Shown piece after piece: positions 43,933 to 57,387 of a stretch of DNA of 64,000 bases. Positions within the stretch are counted from its first letter, which is position 1. Every line of letters begins with the position of its first letter. The position numbers and the translations under genes are program-made. A model generated the notes under the pieces. It searched no databases. It was not told the origin of the DNA and saw only the letters and a list, made by a program, of their open reading frames with translations. Source of the DNA: Octopus vulgaris (lineage: Eukaryota); assembly GCA_951406725.2 (NCBI GenBank), contig OX597824.1, positions 82,646,001 through 82,710,000 of the forward strand, written 5' to 3'.

Positions 43933-44316
43933 GGAGGCGCAATGGCCCAGTGGTTAGGACAGCGGACTCGCGGTCGTAGGATCGCGGTTTCGATTCCCAG
44001 ACCGGGCGTTGTGAGTGTTTATTGAGCGAAAACACCTAAAAGCTCCACGAGGCTCCGGCAGGGGTTGGTGGAGATCCCTGCTGTACTCTTTCACCACAAC
44101 TTTCTCTCACTCTTACTTCCTGTTTCTGTTGTACCTGTATTTCAAAGGACCGGCCTTGTCACTCTCTGTGTCACGCTGAATATCCCCGAGAACTACGTTA
44201 AGGGTACACGTGTCTGTGGAGTGCTCAGCCACTTACACGTTAATTTCACGAGCAGGCTGTTCCGTTGATTCGGATCAACCGGAATCCTCGTCGTCGTAAC
44301 CGACGGAGTGCTTCCA
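43933..44316 (+). mobile_element. SINE family C, full length
   Basis: Family consensus with A/B boxes. Confidence 0.93.
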
Positions 44317-44421
44317 TATATATATGAGCGCACACACACACGCACACACACACGAAAGCCATTTTCACAAACACATACACATTATCTCCACTCCCTCTCT
44401 CTCTCCCTGTTTTACACACAA

Positions 44422-44460
<39 letters not shown>

Positions 44461-44732
44461 AACACCTCTTTCTCTCTCTCACACACACACACGCGCGCAT
44501 TCTTTCATTCTCTCTCTCTCTCCCCACCACCACCACACACACAAAAGCAACCTTTTCCTCATACATACACACACATTTTCTCCCTCTCTCTCTCTCACTC
44601 TTTCTCTGCGTTTCTCACACACGCACACACACACACACACACACAAACACTCACACGCACAAACACAACCTCTTTCTCACTTATACGCAAGCATTCTATC
44701 TCGCTTTCTCTCTATCTGTTTATTTCTTTCTT

Positions 44733-44770
<38 letters not shown>

Positions 44771-45121
44771 TCTATCTCCCTCTCCCTCTCTCTCTATCTC
44801 CCTCTCCCTCTCTCTCTCTCTCACACACACACATACTCACACACTCATACACACACACATACATGTTTGTGCTGATAATGTATTGAAATGTTAATTGCTC
44901 AGCTTACAATTACTTCCAAAGTAGGTAAGCTTTAAATTTGCAAATATTCATACCTTATACATCACACAGAGATAGCGATGCAGATAAACATGATTAGGCT
45001 TAATATACATAAAGCCTAATCGTATTTATCGGCATCACCTGGATTTCTCTTATAGCCACACTTTGCCAGGTGGACCTACTCCTCGAATATCTCTACTATA
45101 TCTGTGAATATTTCCACAGTT

Positions 45122-47407
45122 TCATCAAATCTAAGTAGAGATTTCAAACTTAAAATCTTTAAAGCCACAGTCGAACCAATTCTACTATATGGCTCAGAAA
45201 CCTGGACGTTATCAAAGAAGATTGAGAGGCGGTTGGATGGAACTTACACTCGCCTCCTTATGAGAGCTCAAAATCTCTCGTGGAAGCATCATCCAACCAA
45301 AATGCAAATATATGGGAAACTACCACCTGTGTCATCTCTTGTGAAAGAGAAAATAGTCCAGTTTGCTGGACATTGTTGTAGAGCTGAAAAAGAGGTAATT
45401 TCTGCTCTTCTCCCCTGGAAGCCATCTACTCGCAATGCCAGAGGGTGCACACTCTCCTACCCTGGTGTAATCTCCAGAGATACAGGCATCCAGCAACAAG
45501 ACCTCCGTAATGCTATGATGGACCGTGAAGCCTGGAGTAGCGTAGTAAATTCCATTGTCTCGACCACGGTCGAACAATGATGATGATGTTCAAATCCAAC
45601 CAAAGTACAAATTTATGGGAAACTACCACCTGTATCATCTCTTGTGAAAAGTAGAAGAGTCCAGTTTGCTGGACATTGTTGTAGAGCTGAAAACGTGGTA
45701 ATTTCTGCTCTTCTCCTCTGAAAGCCATCTACTCACAATGCCAGAGGGTGCACACTCTCCTACCCTGGTGTAATCTCCAGAGATACAGGCATCCAGCAAC
45801 AAGACCTCCGTAATGCTATGATGGACCGTGAAGCCTGGAGTAGCGTAGTAAATTCCATTGTCTCGACCACGGTCGAACAATGATGATGATGTTCAAATCC
45901 AACCAAAGTACAAATTTATGGGAAACTACCACCTGTATCATCTCTTGTGAAAGGTAGAAGAGTCCAGTTTGCTGGACATTGTTGTAGAGCTGAAAACGTG
46001 GTAATTTCTGCTCTTCTCCTCTGAAAGCCATCTACTCACAATGCCAGAGGGTGCACACTCTCCTACCCTGGTGTAATCTCCAGAGATACAGGCATCCAGC
46101 AACAAGACCTCCGTAATGCTATGATGGACCGTGAAGCCTGGAGTAGCGTAGTAAATTCCATTGTCTCGACCACGGTCGAACAATGATGATGATGTTCAAA
46201 TCCAACCAAAGTACAAATATATGGGAAACTACCACCTGTATCATCTCTTGTGAAAGGTAGAAGAGTCCAGTTTGCTGGACATTGTTGTAGAGCTGAAAAC
46301 GTGGTAATTTCTGCTCTTCTCCTCTGAAAGCCATCTACTCACAATGCCAGAGGGTGCACACTCTCCTACCCTGGTGTAATCTCCAGAGATACAGGCATCC
46401 AGCAACAAGACCTCCGTAATGCTATGATGGACCGTGAAGCCTGGAGTAGCGTAGTAAATTCCATTGTCTCGACCACGGTCGAACAATGATGATGATGTTC
46501 AAATCCAACCAAAGTACAAATATATGGGAAACTACCACCTGTATCATCTCTTGTGAAAGGTAGAAGAGTCCAGTTTGCTGGACATTGTTGTAGAGCTGAA
46601 AACGTGGTAATTTCTGCTCTTCTCCTCTGAAAGCCATCTACTCACAATGCCAGAGGGTGCACACTCTCCTACCCTGGTGTAATCTCCAGAGATACAGGCA
46701 TCCAGCAACAAGACCTCCGTAATGCTATGATGGACCGTGAAGCCTGGAGTAGCGTAGTAAATTCCATTGTCTCGACCACGGTCGAACAATGATGATGATG
46801 TTCAAATCCAACCAAAGTACAAATTTATGGGAAACTACCACCTGTATCATCTCTTGTGAAAGGTAGAAGAGTCCAGTTTGCTGGACATTGTTGTAGAGCT
46901 GAAAACGTGGTAATTTCTGCTCTTCTCCTCTGAAAGCCATCTACTCACAATGCCAGAGGGTGCACACTCTCCTACCCTGGTGTAATCTCCAGAGATACAG
47001 GCATCCAGCAACAAGACCTCCGTAATGCTATGATGGACCGTGAAGCCTGGAGTAGCGTAGTAAATTCCATTGTCTCGACCACGGTCGAACAATGATGATG
47101 ATGTTCAAATCCAACCAAAGTACAAATTTATGGGAAACTACCACCTGTATCATCTCTTGTGAAAGGTAGAAGAGTCCAGTTTGCTGGACATTGTTGTAGA
47201 GCTGAAAACGTGGTAATTTCTGCTCTTCTCCTCTGAAAGCCATCTACTCACAATGCCAGAGGGTGCACACTCTCCTACCCTGATGTAATCTCCAGGGATA
47301 CAGGCATCCAGCAACAAGAACTCCGTAATGCTATGATGGACCGTGAAGCCTGGAGTAGCGTAGTAAATTCCATTGTCTCGACCACGGTCGAACAATGATG
47401 ATGATGA
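45122..47407 (+). repeat. RTE LINE 3' end followed by six tandem 303-bp RTE-tail units
   Basis: Lead copy 45122-45587; units start at 45588, 45891, 46194, 46497, 46800, 47103, each ending gaacaatgatgatgat. Confidence 0.96.
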
Positions 47408-47724
47408 GTCCTCGATTAACGTTTCGGAGTTGAAGTTCATTTCAGTCCTGTTTTGTGTTTTTTATACTCAGCATATTTAGTCTGGTGATATTGATGTTTG
47501 TGTTTGTTTTTATTAAGACTAGGGGTGACCAGCTTTAACGTGGTCGGTTATTGTAGCTGTTTCTATGTTTCTTTTTTATCGTTTTATTTTTAAGAAACAT
47601 CTTCTCTGGCTCACAAAAAGCAGTGCGGCGAACAAGCATAAAAACAAACACACACGCGCACACACATACACACATGCACACATATACACACACGCACACA
47701 TATATACATACATACATCGCCATG

Positions 47725-47899
47725 ATAGATCGTTAGCTCCTACACGCATTTTTTTCTCTCCTTGTTTTTTTTCTGTCGAAGAGCGTAGGCTCGAAACGTA
47801 AAAGACTTTTTCTATATCTATTCCTGAGCGCTATACTAATACATTTGTTTGTTTGTACTCCACCTGCCTTCCTCTTTTGTTTATTTTCGTAAACTTTCC

Positions 47900-47902
<3 letters not shown>
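47725..47902 (+). mobile_element. Penelope-like terminal-repeat fragment (family P1)
   Basis: ctgtcgaagagcgtaggctcgaaacgtaaaag; ends in a TA tract. Confidence 0.65.
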
Positions 47903-47972
<70 letters not shown>

Positions 47973-48279
47973 GTATGTACTCTTTCACGACAACTTTCTC
48001 CCACTCTTTCTTCCTACATCTGCCTCAAAGCAGAGGAACCATGATGTAACTTTCAGACCCTAGTCTGAATCCTCTGTACCCCAGGATGGTTCAGCTTTCC
48101 AACCATTAAAAGCCACCGTTTAAGGGATGAGGATAACAACGTAGCTTTCGCGCCCGTGCAACCGCCAGACTATCGCGTGTGGTGGGTGGATCTTCAAGTT
48201 GCCACACGCATTGTTAGTAGCTTAGATTAGGCTCGAATTAGAGATTATTCTTTGTGGCTAATGGCGTGAGTCCTGATTG

Positions 48280-48336
48280 GAAGAAGAAGAAGAAGAAGAA
48301 GAAGAAGAAGAAGAAGAAGAAGAAGAAGAAGAAGAA

Positions 48337-48369
<33 letters not shown>

Positions 48370-48640
48370 GAAGAAGAAGAAGAAGAAGAAGAAGAAGAAG
48401 AAGAAGATGATGATGATGATGATGAAGAAGAAGAAGAAGAAGAAGAAGAAGAAGAAGAAGAAGAAGAAGATGATGGTGATGATGATGAAGAAGAAGAAGA
48501 TGATGATGAGGAAGAAGAAGAAGAAGAAGAAGAAGAAGAAGAAGAAGAAGAAGGAGGAGGAGGAGGAGAAGAAGAAGAAGAAGAAGAAGAAGAAGAAGAA
48601 GAAGAAGAAGAAGAAGAAGAAGAAGAAGAAGAAGAAGAAG
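48280..48640. repeat. Alternating (GAA)n/(GAT)n/(GGA)n blocks
   Basis: Directly visible. Confidence 0.95.
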
Positions 48641-48952
48641 ACGGCAGCAACAAGAATAACGACGACCCCCAAACAAAATAAGTAGCCGTGAAAATTCCAC
48701 GGGTGGATTAACTTTTGCTAGAACGGCGGGTACTGAGACTACAACTTCACTGTTTGTGCAAGCAGGTATGGTCACCTGTTGTGAGACACGCTTGTCTCCA
48801 AAGCTTGTCTCTTAGACAGCCGCAGTCCTGGATCAAGAGTAGACAAGGTGCCTGACACCTCGAATGACGTCAGTTTCTCACCGCACTCAACCAGTCGGGC
48901 AAAGCGTTGGATGTTCCACCATAGCGTTCTGTAGGGGATCAGTAGTCGGTAA

Positions 48953-49185
48953 GAGCCCATGGCCCAGTGGTTAAGGTGTTGGACTCATGATCGTAAGATT
49001 GTGGTTTCGATTCTTAGACCATGCAATGCGTTGTTATTGAGTAATTCACTTCACTTCATGTTGCTCCGGTCCACTCAGCTGGTAAAAATGAGTAATCTTG
49101 TGACGGACTGGCATCCCCGCCCCGTCCCAGGTGGGGAATATATACACCAGAGAAGCCAGGAAACTGACCCCGTGGTCCTTAGTGA
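48953..49185 (+). mobile_element. Degenerate SINE H2+T2
   Basis: tggcccagtggttaagg...ctcatgatcgtaag head followed by the gacggactggcatccc...ggaaactgacc tail. Confidence 0.7.
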
Positions 49186-49379
49186 AGTAATGTGGACTAA
49201 CCACAAACAAGAGCGACGACATACTCGGTGAAACTTTGGCTGGCAGTGAAAATCAACTGGCTGGTCTGTTCCGAAGGACTTTGGGGCTGGGAGCATTGAT
49301 AGTTTCCAGAAATCCCAGCCCTGGCAATACAATAGGGGTAGTACGGGTATGGCTGGTTCCAGATAAATTCTATAGGCAT

Positions 49380-49781
49380 ATTCTTTTCTACTCTAGGCAC
49401 AAGACTCAAAATTTTGGGGGGAGGAGGCTAGTCGATTAGATCGACTCCAGTACGCAGCTGGTACTTAATTTATCGACCCCGGAAGGATGAAAGGCAAAGT
49501 CGACCTCGGCGGAATTCGAACTCAGAATGTAGCGGTAGACGACATACCTATTTCTTTACTACCCACAACGGGCTAAACACAGAGAGGACAAACAAGGACA
49601 GATAAACGGATTAAGTCGATTATATCGACCACAGTGCGTAACTGGTACTTATTTAATCGACCCCGAAAGGATGAAAGGAAAAGTCGACCTCGGCGGCATT
49701 TGAACTCAGAACGTAGCGGCAGACGAAATACTGCTAAGCATTTCGCTCGGTGTGCTAACGTTTCTGCCAGCTCGCCGCCTT
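49380..49781 (-). mobile_element. SINE family B tandem dimer
   Basis: Two aaggatgaaagg.aaagtcgacctcggcgg blocks with different tails. Confidence 0.88.
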
Positions 49782-50270
49782 ACTTTATAGCCATGTTAGT
49801 TCCGTTAACCGTGCCAGCTCGAGATACGCAGGCAGTTTTCCTCTGTCTGTTCGTTATGGCAAAAGGGTTTGTGTGGTAGATATGACTAAAAAGACCAACG
49901 ACAGTCATTTTGCTTTTCGGCCAAGCACTCAGTGGGTTATTTAAATTCCATTTTTTAAAAAAAGGTGAGGGTTGAGAGAGAGGTACTGCTCCCAAATAAA
50001 TCTGTACGCAGGTGGGTGAAAATGGTGAGGATGGCCCGAATGGGAGACACTACTCTAAGCTGGCACCTGTAGGCTGAACAGTATGGAAGAAAGTGGAGCA
50101 TTTGTCATGATACTCTTGGTGTGTACAATGGCTTGGGATCTTTGGGAATCTTTGATTTTCCATTGGTGACCCACCTCCATCCAGTAGGGAATTTTGTTAC
50201 AATTGTTTCAAAAACTATCACCGTTCTCCTTGCTTTGGGTATCACGATAAATAAGTTTTCAATTTCCGAA

Positions 50271-50716
50271 TAGGCGTGGCTGTTTGGTAAGAAGTTTGTT
50301 TCCCAACCACATGGTGCCAGGTTCAATCCCACTGCATGACACCTTAGGCAAGTGTTTTCTTCTACTGTCTCGAAACGACCAAAGCCTTGTGAGTGAATTT
50401 GGTACACAAAAACTGAAAGAAGCCCATCATGTGTATATATGTGTGCGTGTGTATGTATGTATGTATGATGTATGTATGTATGTATGTTTGCATTTATGTG
50501 TGTCTGTGTTTGTCCCACCCACCCACCAACGCTTGACAACTGATGCTGGTGTGTTTATGTCCCCGTAACTTAGCGGTTCGGCAAAAAAGGCCCATAGAAT
50601 GAGTACTGGACTTAAAACTAATAAGTCCTGGGGTCGAATTGTTCGTCTAAAGTTCTTTAAGGTAGTGCTTCAGCATGGCTACAGTCAGATGACTGAAACC
50701 CCTAAAAAAACAAAAG

Positions 50717-50720
<4 letters not shown>
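50271..50720 (+). mobile_element. Degenerate full-length SINE family A
   Basis: ggcgtggctgtttggtaagaag head to gactgaaac tail. Confidence 0.82.
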
Positions 50721-50754
<34 letters not shown>

Positions 50755-50780
50755 CATGAATACGCAAGCGGGCATATGTA

Positions 50781-51888
50781 CAGGTTGTTCAAAAATTCTC
50801 TCCGCAGTAAGTATTTTGTTGCAAAATAAATATTTATAAAAAAGAATGTATTAGACTTTACAAGACTTTAAAAAGCTTTATAAGAGGTGTTGAAAGTGTC
50901 GTCCTTCATTTTCAATACATAAAATTTAATTTCTTTTTTACTGCAGGCTGATTTCCGTTTCCTGTGGCAATTTGCGTAAGGACTTTGACGGGCTTGCCAA
51001 CAGTTTATCAGAAATATTGGAGAGTGTTTCGTCTGAAAGAACAGTAGGCCTACCGCTTCTTGCTACGTCTTCCACTGAGCCTGTGCTTTCCTGTGGCAAT
51101 TTGCGTAAGGACTTTGACGGGCTTGCCAACAGTTTATCGGAAATATTGGAGAGTGTTTCGTCTGAAAGAACAGTAGGCCTACCGCTTCTTGCTACGTCTT
51201 CCACTGAGCCTGTGCTTTCCTGTGGCAATTTGCGTAAGGACTTTGACGGGCTTGCCAACAGTTTATCGGAAATATTGGAGAGTGTTTCGTCTGAAAGAAC
51301 AGTAGGCCTACCGCTTCTTGCTACGTCTTCCACTGAGCCTGTGCTTTCCTGTGGCAATTTGCGTAAGGACTTTGACGGGCTTGCCAACAGTTTATCGGAA
51401 ATATTGGAGAGTGTTTCGTCTGAAAGAACAGTAAGCCTACCGCTTCTTGCTTTGTCTTCCACTGAGCCTGTGCTTTCCTGTGGCAATTTGCGTAAGGACT
51501 TTGACGGGCTTGCCAACAGTTTATCAGAAATATTGGAGAGTGTTTCGTCTGAAAGAACAGTAGGCCTACCGCTGCTTACTGCGTCTTCCACTGAGCCTGT
51601 GCTTCTAAATTTTCTTGTCAAATCCCGTACAGTGTCAGGATGTGGAACAGCAGTATTTGGAAAAGTTTCACTGAACTTTCGTTTCACAGTATTTGTGTAT
51701 TTGTTTCCAGCTCGAAACACCAATTCAACTAAAAACGTACGTTCTGTGGGTAGCATGACGAAATGCTGAAGGGTACACAATGATTGAGGGACAATGGCTC
51801 ACACCCGGTGTAGCCTATGCAGGTGTAGCCAAGTTGCGCATGCGCAGGATGAAAAATTTCACTCCGGAGAGACTTTTTGAACACCCTG
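50781..51888 (-). mobile_element. Internally deleted Tc1/mariner-superfamily transposon (CAGGGTG-type TIR)
   Basis: 28-bp TIRs 50781-50808 and 51861-51888 (3 mismatches); TA on both sides; C-terminal remnant LCIENEGRHFQHLL* at about 50879-50923. Confidence 0.93.
50938..51780 (-). CDS. Transposase-derived DNA-binding protein: N-terminal HTH (DUF4817-like) plus 5 x 43-aa GRP-linker/HTH repeats; no DDD/E domain
   Basis: Open 280-aa frame; KFRSTGSVED..SGRPTV...SPSKSLRKL pattern; 129-bp period (50961, 51090, 51219, 51348, 51477); expression unknown. Confidence 0.6.
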   Translation of the reverse strand: MCTLQHFVMLPTERTFLVELVFRAGNKYTNTVKRKFSETFPNTAVPHPDTVRDLTRKFRSTGSVEDAVSSGRPTVLSDETLSNISDKLLASPSKSLRKLPQESTGSVEDKARSGRLTVLSDETLSNISDKLLASPSKSLRKLPQESTGSVEDVARSGRPTVLSDETLSNISDKLLASPSKSLRKLPQESTGSVEDVARSGRPTVLSDETLSNISDKLLASPSKSLRKLPQESTGSVEDVARSGRPTVLSDETLSNISDKLLASPSKSLRKLPQETEISLQ

Positions 51889-51909
51889 TATATGTGTGAT
51901 TGAAAGAAA

Positions 51910-51961
51910 TTTTTCAAAAAAGAACAAGAAAAAAACTGTCGTAAATGAAAACATGTTTATT
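51910..51961 (-). terminator. Candidate polyadenylation site
   Basis: Minus-strand AATAAA (51956-51961) followed about 25 nt later by the U-rich element gtttttttcttgttcttttttg. Confidence 0.45.
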
Positions 51962-52389
51962 TAAAGAAATTTCTTGTTTATTTTTGTTTGCTTTTTTTTT
52001 TTTGCTTTGTTTTCTCTTACATAGAAAAAATATTATAAACCAATTTTCATATTAAAATTTCCAAATTGAAAAAGCGGAAAAAAAAAAAAAAAACATTTTC
52101 TTCTGAAAAATCGAAAATTGAAAAAAAAAATTTTTCATTTTTTTATCCTTTTTACAAAATTTCACAAATTCGGAAAAAAAAAATTGAAATAAAATAAAAA
52201 TCAATAAAAGACCCATAAAAACTACTTGGCAGAGAAATTATGTATAATAGAACTCAAGACCAGTGAGAATGTTCCAGAAAAAAAGACAGCACAATTCTCA
52301 CCTCTGTACAACAGTTCAATTCCACTATATATATACACAAGCACAGACAAACCCACATGTTCATTCATTCATATATATATGTATATATA

Positions 52390-52469
<80 letters not shown>

Positions 52470-52506
52470 TATAAGTGTATATATATATATATAAGTGTAT
52501 ATATAC

Positions 52507-52552
<46 letters not shown>

Positions 52553-52569
52553 TGTATATATATATAAAC

Positions 52570-52600
<31 letters not shown>

Positions 52601-52727
52601 AACATATATATATATATAAACATATTATATATATATATATATAGATATAGATATATATATAACTATATGCATAATCGTACACACACATGTATATATAACT
52701 ATATACGTACTTATACATATATATATA

Positions 52728-52804
<77 letters not shown>

Positions 52805-54319
52805 AACACATACACACATATTATGAATATATCTGCTCACACACATACGCACACACAAACAAGCAAATAACTTTATACATATTGTAAACATGTATTTCAA
52901 AACTCGTAACATGTACTTACAGATACATATTTTTACATATTACCATTGTACATACCCATTCCTATATACATATATATATATATATATACATGAATGTATG
53001 TATATGTATGATGCGTCCATATGTAATTTTGCACTGTAAGGTTTTTAATATATATATATATATATCTTACATGTATATATATTATTTTATTGAGATCATG
53101 TGAAAACTTTGGTAACTTCTGTCCTCTCCCGCCAAAAAATCGTTTATTTCATTAATTTTGCTATTATTCTTGTATTTTCAGAGTTATTTTGACAGCTTTG
53201 TAGTTATTTCTTTACTTCTGATATCATTACTTCAGTTTAAGATCCTTCCGTTAATTTTGAAGTTAATCCTTTACATTTTAAGTCATTTCTTTTTGATTAC
53301 AGTTATTTCTTTAGTATGTTATTACTTTAGTAGCGAAATCATTCCATCATATTTGAGGTTATTTCATTAGTTTTACAGTAATTCTTTCATAATGTAGGTT
53401 ATTCCGATAGTTTTGTGATTATTCCATTAGTTTTATGATTATTGATATATTATTATTATTATTGTTATTATTTTCATTAATATTATTCTTGTTGTTGTTG
53501 TTGTTTTAAGCTTTTGTAGTTGTTTTACCTGTATTGCTTCTTCTTCATTTTTTTTTTTTTTTTTGGCTTTTCCCTCATGTTTAAAGGAGAGGACAGAAGG
53601 TAAAAAAAAAAAAATTGCGAAAAAAATTTTTTTTTCATTTTTTGTTTTTTGTGTTTTTTGTTTTTTGTGTTTTTTCAGTTTTGCTTATAAGAAACAAGAA
53701 AAAAAAAATAATATATAAAAGAATCAAGGAAAAAGTTAAAAGAAAAAGAAGGAAAATATATATAAAAAAAAAACAAAGAAAATGTTATTTCTTACAATGT
53801 GCGTGAATTAATGAGGAATTGTGGGATTGAGCGACAGAGTATGATTTTTTTGGTTTTTGTTTTAGTGCCATTATGGGCTTTTAGAGGCACCACTGTACTA
53901 TTGCACGACTCCACCTTTCTACTGGGTTGGGCAAGTTAATGGGGTGGAAAGCATGCTTGTCTAAGTGATATACCAGCAGGAGAAATTGAACTCAGCATTC
54001 TGAACCAGCAAAACACATGGAACGTTTACAATACTCCCACTGCTGATAGTTGTAGGATTTTTGTTTTTGTCTTTTTGTTTTTTGTTATAGCTTAGTTAAG
54101 AGGTGGAGATATGCACATGATCTTCACTAGCCCCCTGATGCTGGTGATGTTGATATAGGTCTATGCTCGGTTTGAACACCTGTTTATTGTACCCACTTCA
54201 TGAAACACATTTACGTCTAAGTAGAATGAGACATAGTCATGCATGTTTTGCCGAACCGCTATAAGAACGTGAATAAACCAACACCGGTTGTTAAGCTATG
54301 ATGAGAAAAACACAATGAC

Positions 54320-54385
<66 letters not shown>

Positions 54386-54407
54386 ATATATATATACATG
54401 TACATAT

Positions 54408-54441
<34 letters not shown>

Positions 54442-54465
54442 ACATGTACATATATATACATGTAC

Positions 54466-54514
<49 letters not shown>

Positions 54515-56322
54515 TACATATATATATATGCATATATATATAAATGTATGTATGTATGTATGTATAAGTGTTGGAGGAGAGCGAAACAAATACCTATTAT
54601 TTCAATATACATACATACATATAGCCAGACAAGTATCTTGGTGCAATTTTGAAGACTAAGTCTTAGCACATTTATAGCACATAATGTGAATTTGGGTTCT
54701 CATTGCTCCTTTAAACTTCCTCCAATTCCATGGATAGGGCACTTATCTATAGCTTGAATAACTCCCCATTCTTCAGAAGACATTCTACTTATTTCATTGT
54801 GTAGAATTTGGCTTCTCATAGATCTGATACTTATTCTAGCAACTTTCAAAAGTTGATAAATATACCTAAAGAATTACCTTGTTATTTGCACTGTGAACAG
54901 CTAGTTTGAAATGGTAATTTGCATATTTACTCTCAATATGTTTTGGCTGATTCAAATACAAATACGCTAATTGCTGTTGTATATGTCACAGCAAAACTGC
55001 TTCTTATTACAGTAGCAGTGTGTTCATAAAACACTTGGCTTATTAGTACAAGGAATTATAAGACCAGCATTTTGATATGTCTCATCTACTAGAAGTACCC
55101 AAACCATTGATTTTGAAACGGAGCTGATGACTTTGGTCGTAATTTCAACGAATCAGAGATGATATCTGTTAACCAATAATAAACTGTTGTTTAAAAACAT
55201 ACATGAAACTGAAGAATGTAGTATAAGAGGGTAAAATACGGTAAGAGATCTGGTTTGGTGCTGTATTTCTTTTATATACTGAATAATCTTTATTAGGTTG
55301 GGAATAATTAAAAAAAAATTTCTTTCATGTTTTTCAAGAAATATAAACAAAAAAGTTTGAAATTTAATAAATATATATATATATATATTGAAGAAAAGTC
55401 CCACATTCCCATAAAAAAGTAGTATTTTGTTATTTTTTCAATAACTTAAAACTTATTTTTTAAAATTTAATTTAAAAACAAAAAAAAATGTAACAAACAG
55501 TTAATTTTAAAAAAAAAACAAAATCATTTCCATTTTCTTCTATATTTTTTCAAAATTATTAAATATAGAATTAATAGAGAAATTTCAAATATATAAGAAA
55601 AAAGCGAAAAAATCTTTTAATGCTGTAAGTTTTTTAAAAAATTGATAAAGAAAATTAAATTAAATTTAAACAGGCAATTATATGAAAAAAATTCGAAAGT
55701 GATTTTTAAAAAAAAATTATCTGATAAATTAAAAAAAAGAAAAACAGGAAACAAATTCAAGGAAAGAAAATTTTGTCAGAAAATTTCAAAATTCTTTTTT
55801 TTCTTAACATTTTTTGTCAGATTTTTTTCATTACATTTTTTTTTTAGTTATTGATTATTATCATCAATTTTTTTTTATCAGTTGGTTTTGTCATTGTAGC
55901 TGTTGTGATTACTGTCTGTTGAAGATTTAATTTGTTTTTTTTTTTGTTAGTTTGTTTTTGCTTTTTTTTGTCTTCATGTAATATTTTTGTAGTTGTTTTT
56001 GTTTTATAGAAATATAAACCTTTTTGTACATGGAAAAAAAAAATCCAAAATATATTATTATATATAAAACACAATAGAAAAAAAAACGTTTTTGAAAGGG
56101 TATAAGTAGGTATGTGTATATACTGCATGTGTGTGCACATATATGCATGTAAATATTTGTATATACATGCATATATATATATATATATATATATATACAT
56201 GCATAGTCAAGTCTTTAAATGCAAATGCATACACATATATATGTAATATATATGTATATATATACACATATATACATACATATATAGACGTATATATGTA
56301 TGTGTGTATATATACCTATGTA

Positions 56323-56381
<59 letters not shown>

Positions 56382-56433
56382 TTACGTGCATACATACATA
56401 TATACATATTGCATTTGTTTTATGTATGTTTAT

Positions 56434-56467
<34 letters not shown>

Positions 56468-57259
56468 CATACATACATAAACACATACATACATATGAAC
56501 ATACACACAACCACACACACACATACATGCATTCATACATGCATACATCCATACCTGCATACATACACTTGTACCCTTTACAAATTCCACCATTAAACAC
56601 ACTAACTTTTGTTTCTTGTTTGTTTTGTTTTTTTAAGTATCATTTTGTTTTAGGGGTGGGGGTCAATTTTTCTGCAGAAAACATACAAGGAAACAAAACA
56701 AGAACAAAAAAATAAAGACCATTCAAGAATTTTTCTTGTATTTTTTTGTCAGGAATATTTTTTTTTGTCCATATATTTTCAAATATAAAACCAAATGAAG
56801 AGATGTCAGCATGAAAATTTCAAAAAATGTCACTTATAGCATAAAAAAAATTGACGTGTGACATGTTCATGTCACATCCAGCAACACAACACATATATGA
56901 CAGTTAAAATTGATGTCACTCGCAAGTTACAATGGCAACATGACCAGTATCACAGTAGGTGATACAAGAATTCCTTAGTCAGCTTGCAAACGCAGACACA
57001 CAGGGATACAATAGTTTATATGTGACAGGTGTGACATGAGAAAGCTTGTGACTGAAATTTAACGAAGAGTTATACGTGTCACATAAAACTTAAGAAAGTG
57101 TATAACACAGCAAAAGATGTTAAAGGAAATGGTTGTAACTTGAGACAAAGATTGCTGCGCAAACACACAAATACTCCAAGAGTTACATGTCACAAAAGTG
57201 ATTTGTAACGGATTGTGATACAAACCAAGAAATAAACTGTCATACTCACACACATATTT

Positions 57260-57310
<51 letters not shown>

Positions 57311-57387
57311 CGTCCATGCAACAGGTGGTAGACTTAATATGGAGTCTGGTTTAGCAGGATTGACTGACCAATGGGCAAGCATTTGGA

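Noticed and set aside
45332-47440. Repeated 71/81-aa minus-strand ORFs (MFDRGRDNG..., MAFRGEEQK...)
   Set aside because: Antisense frames of the RTE tail units, not a gene cluster
50972-51769. 265-aa plus-strand ORF
   Set aside because: Antisense shadow of the transposase repeat; open because the 129-bp unit has no stop in that frame
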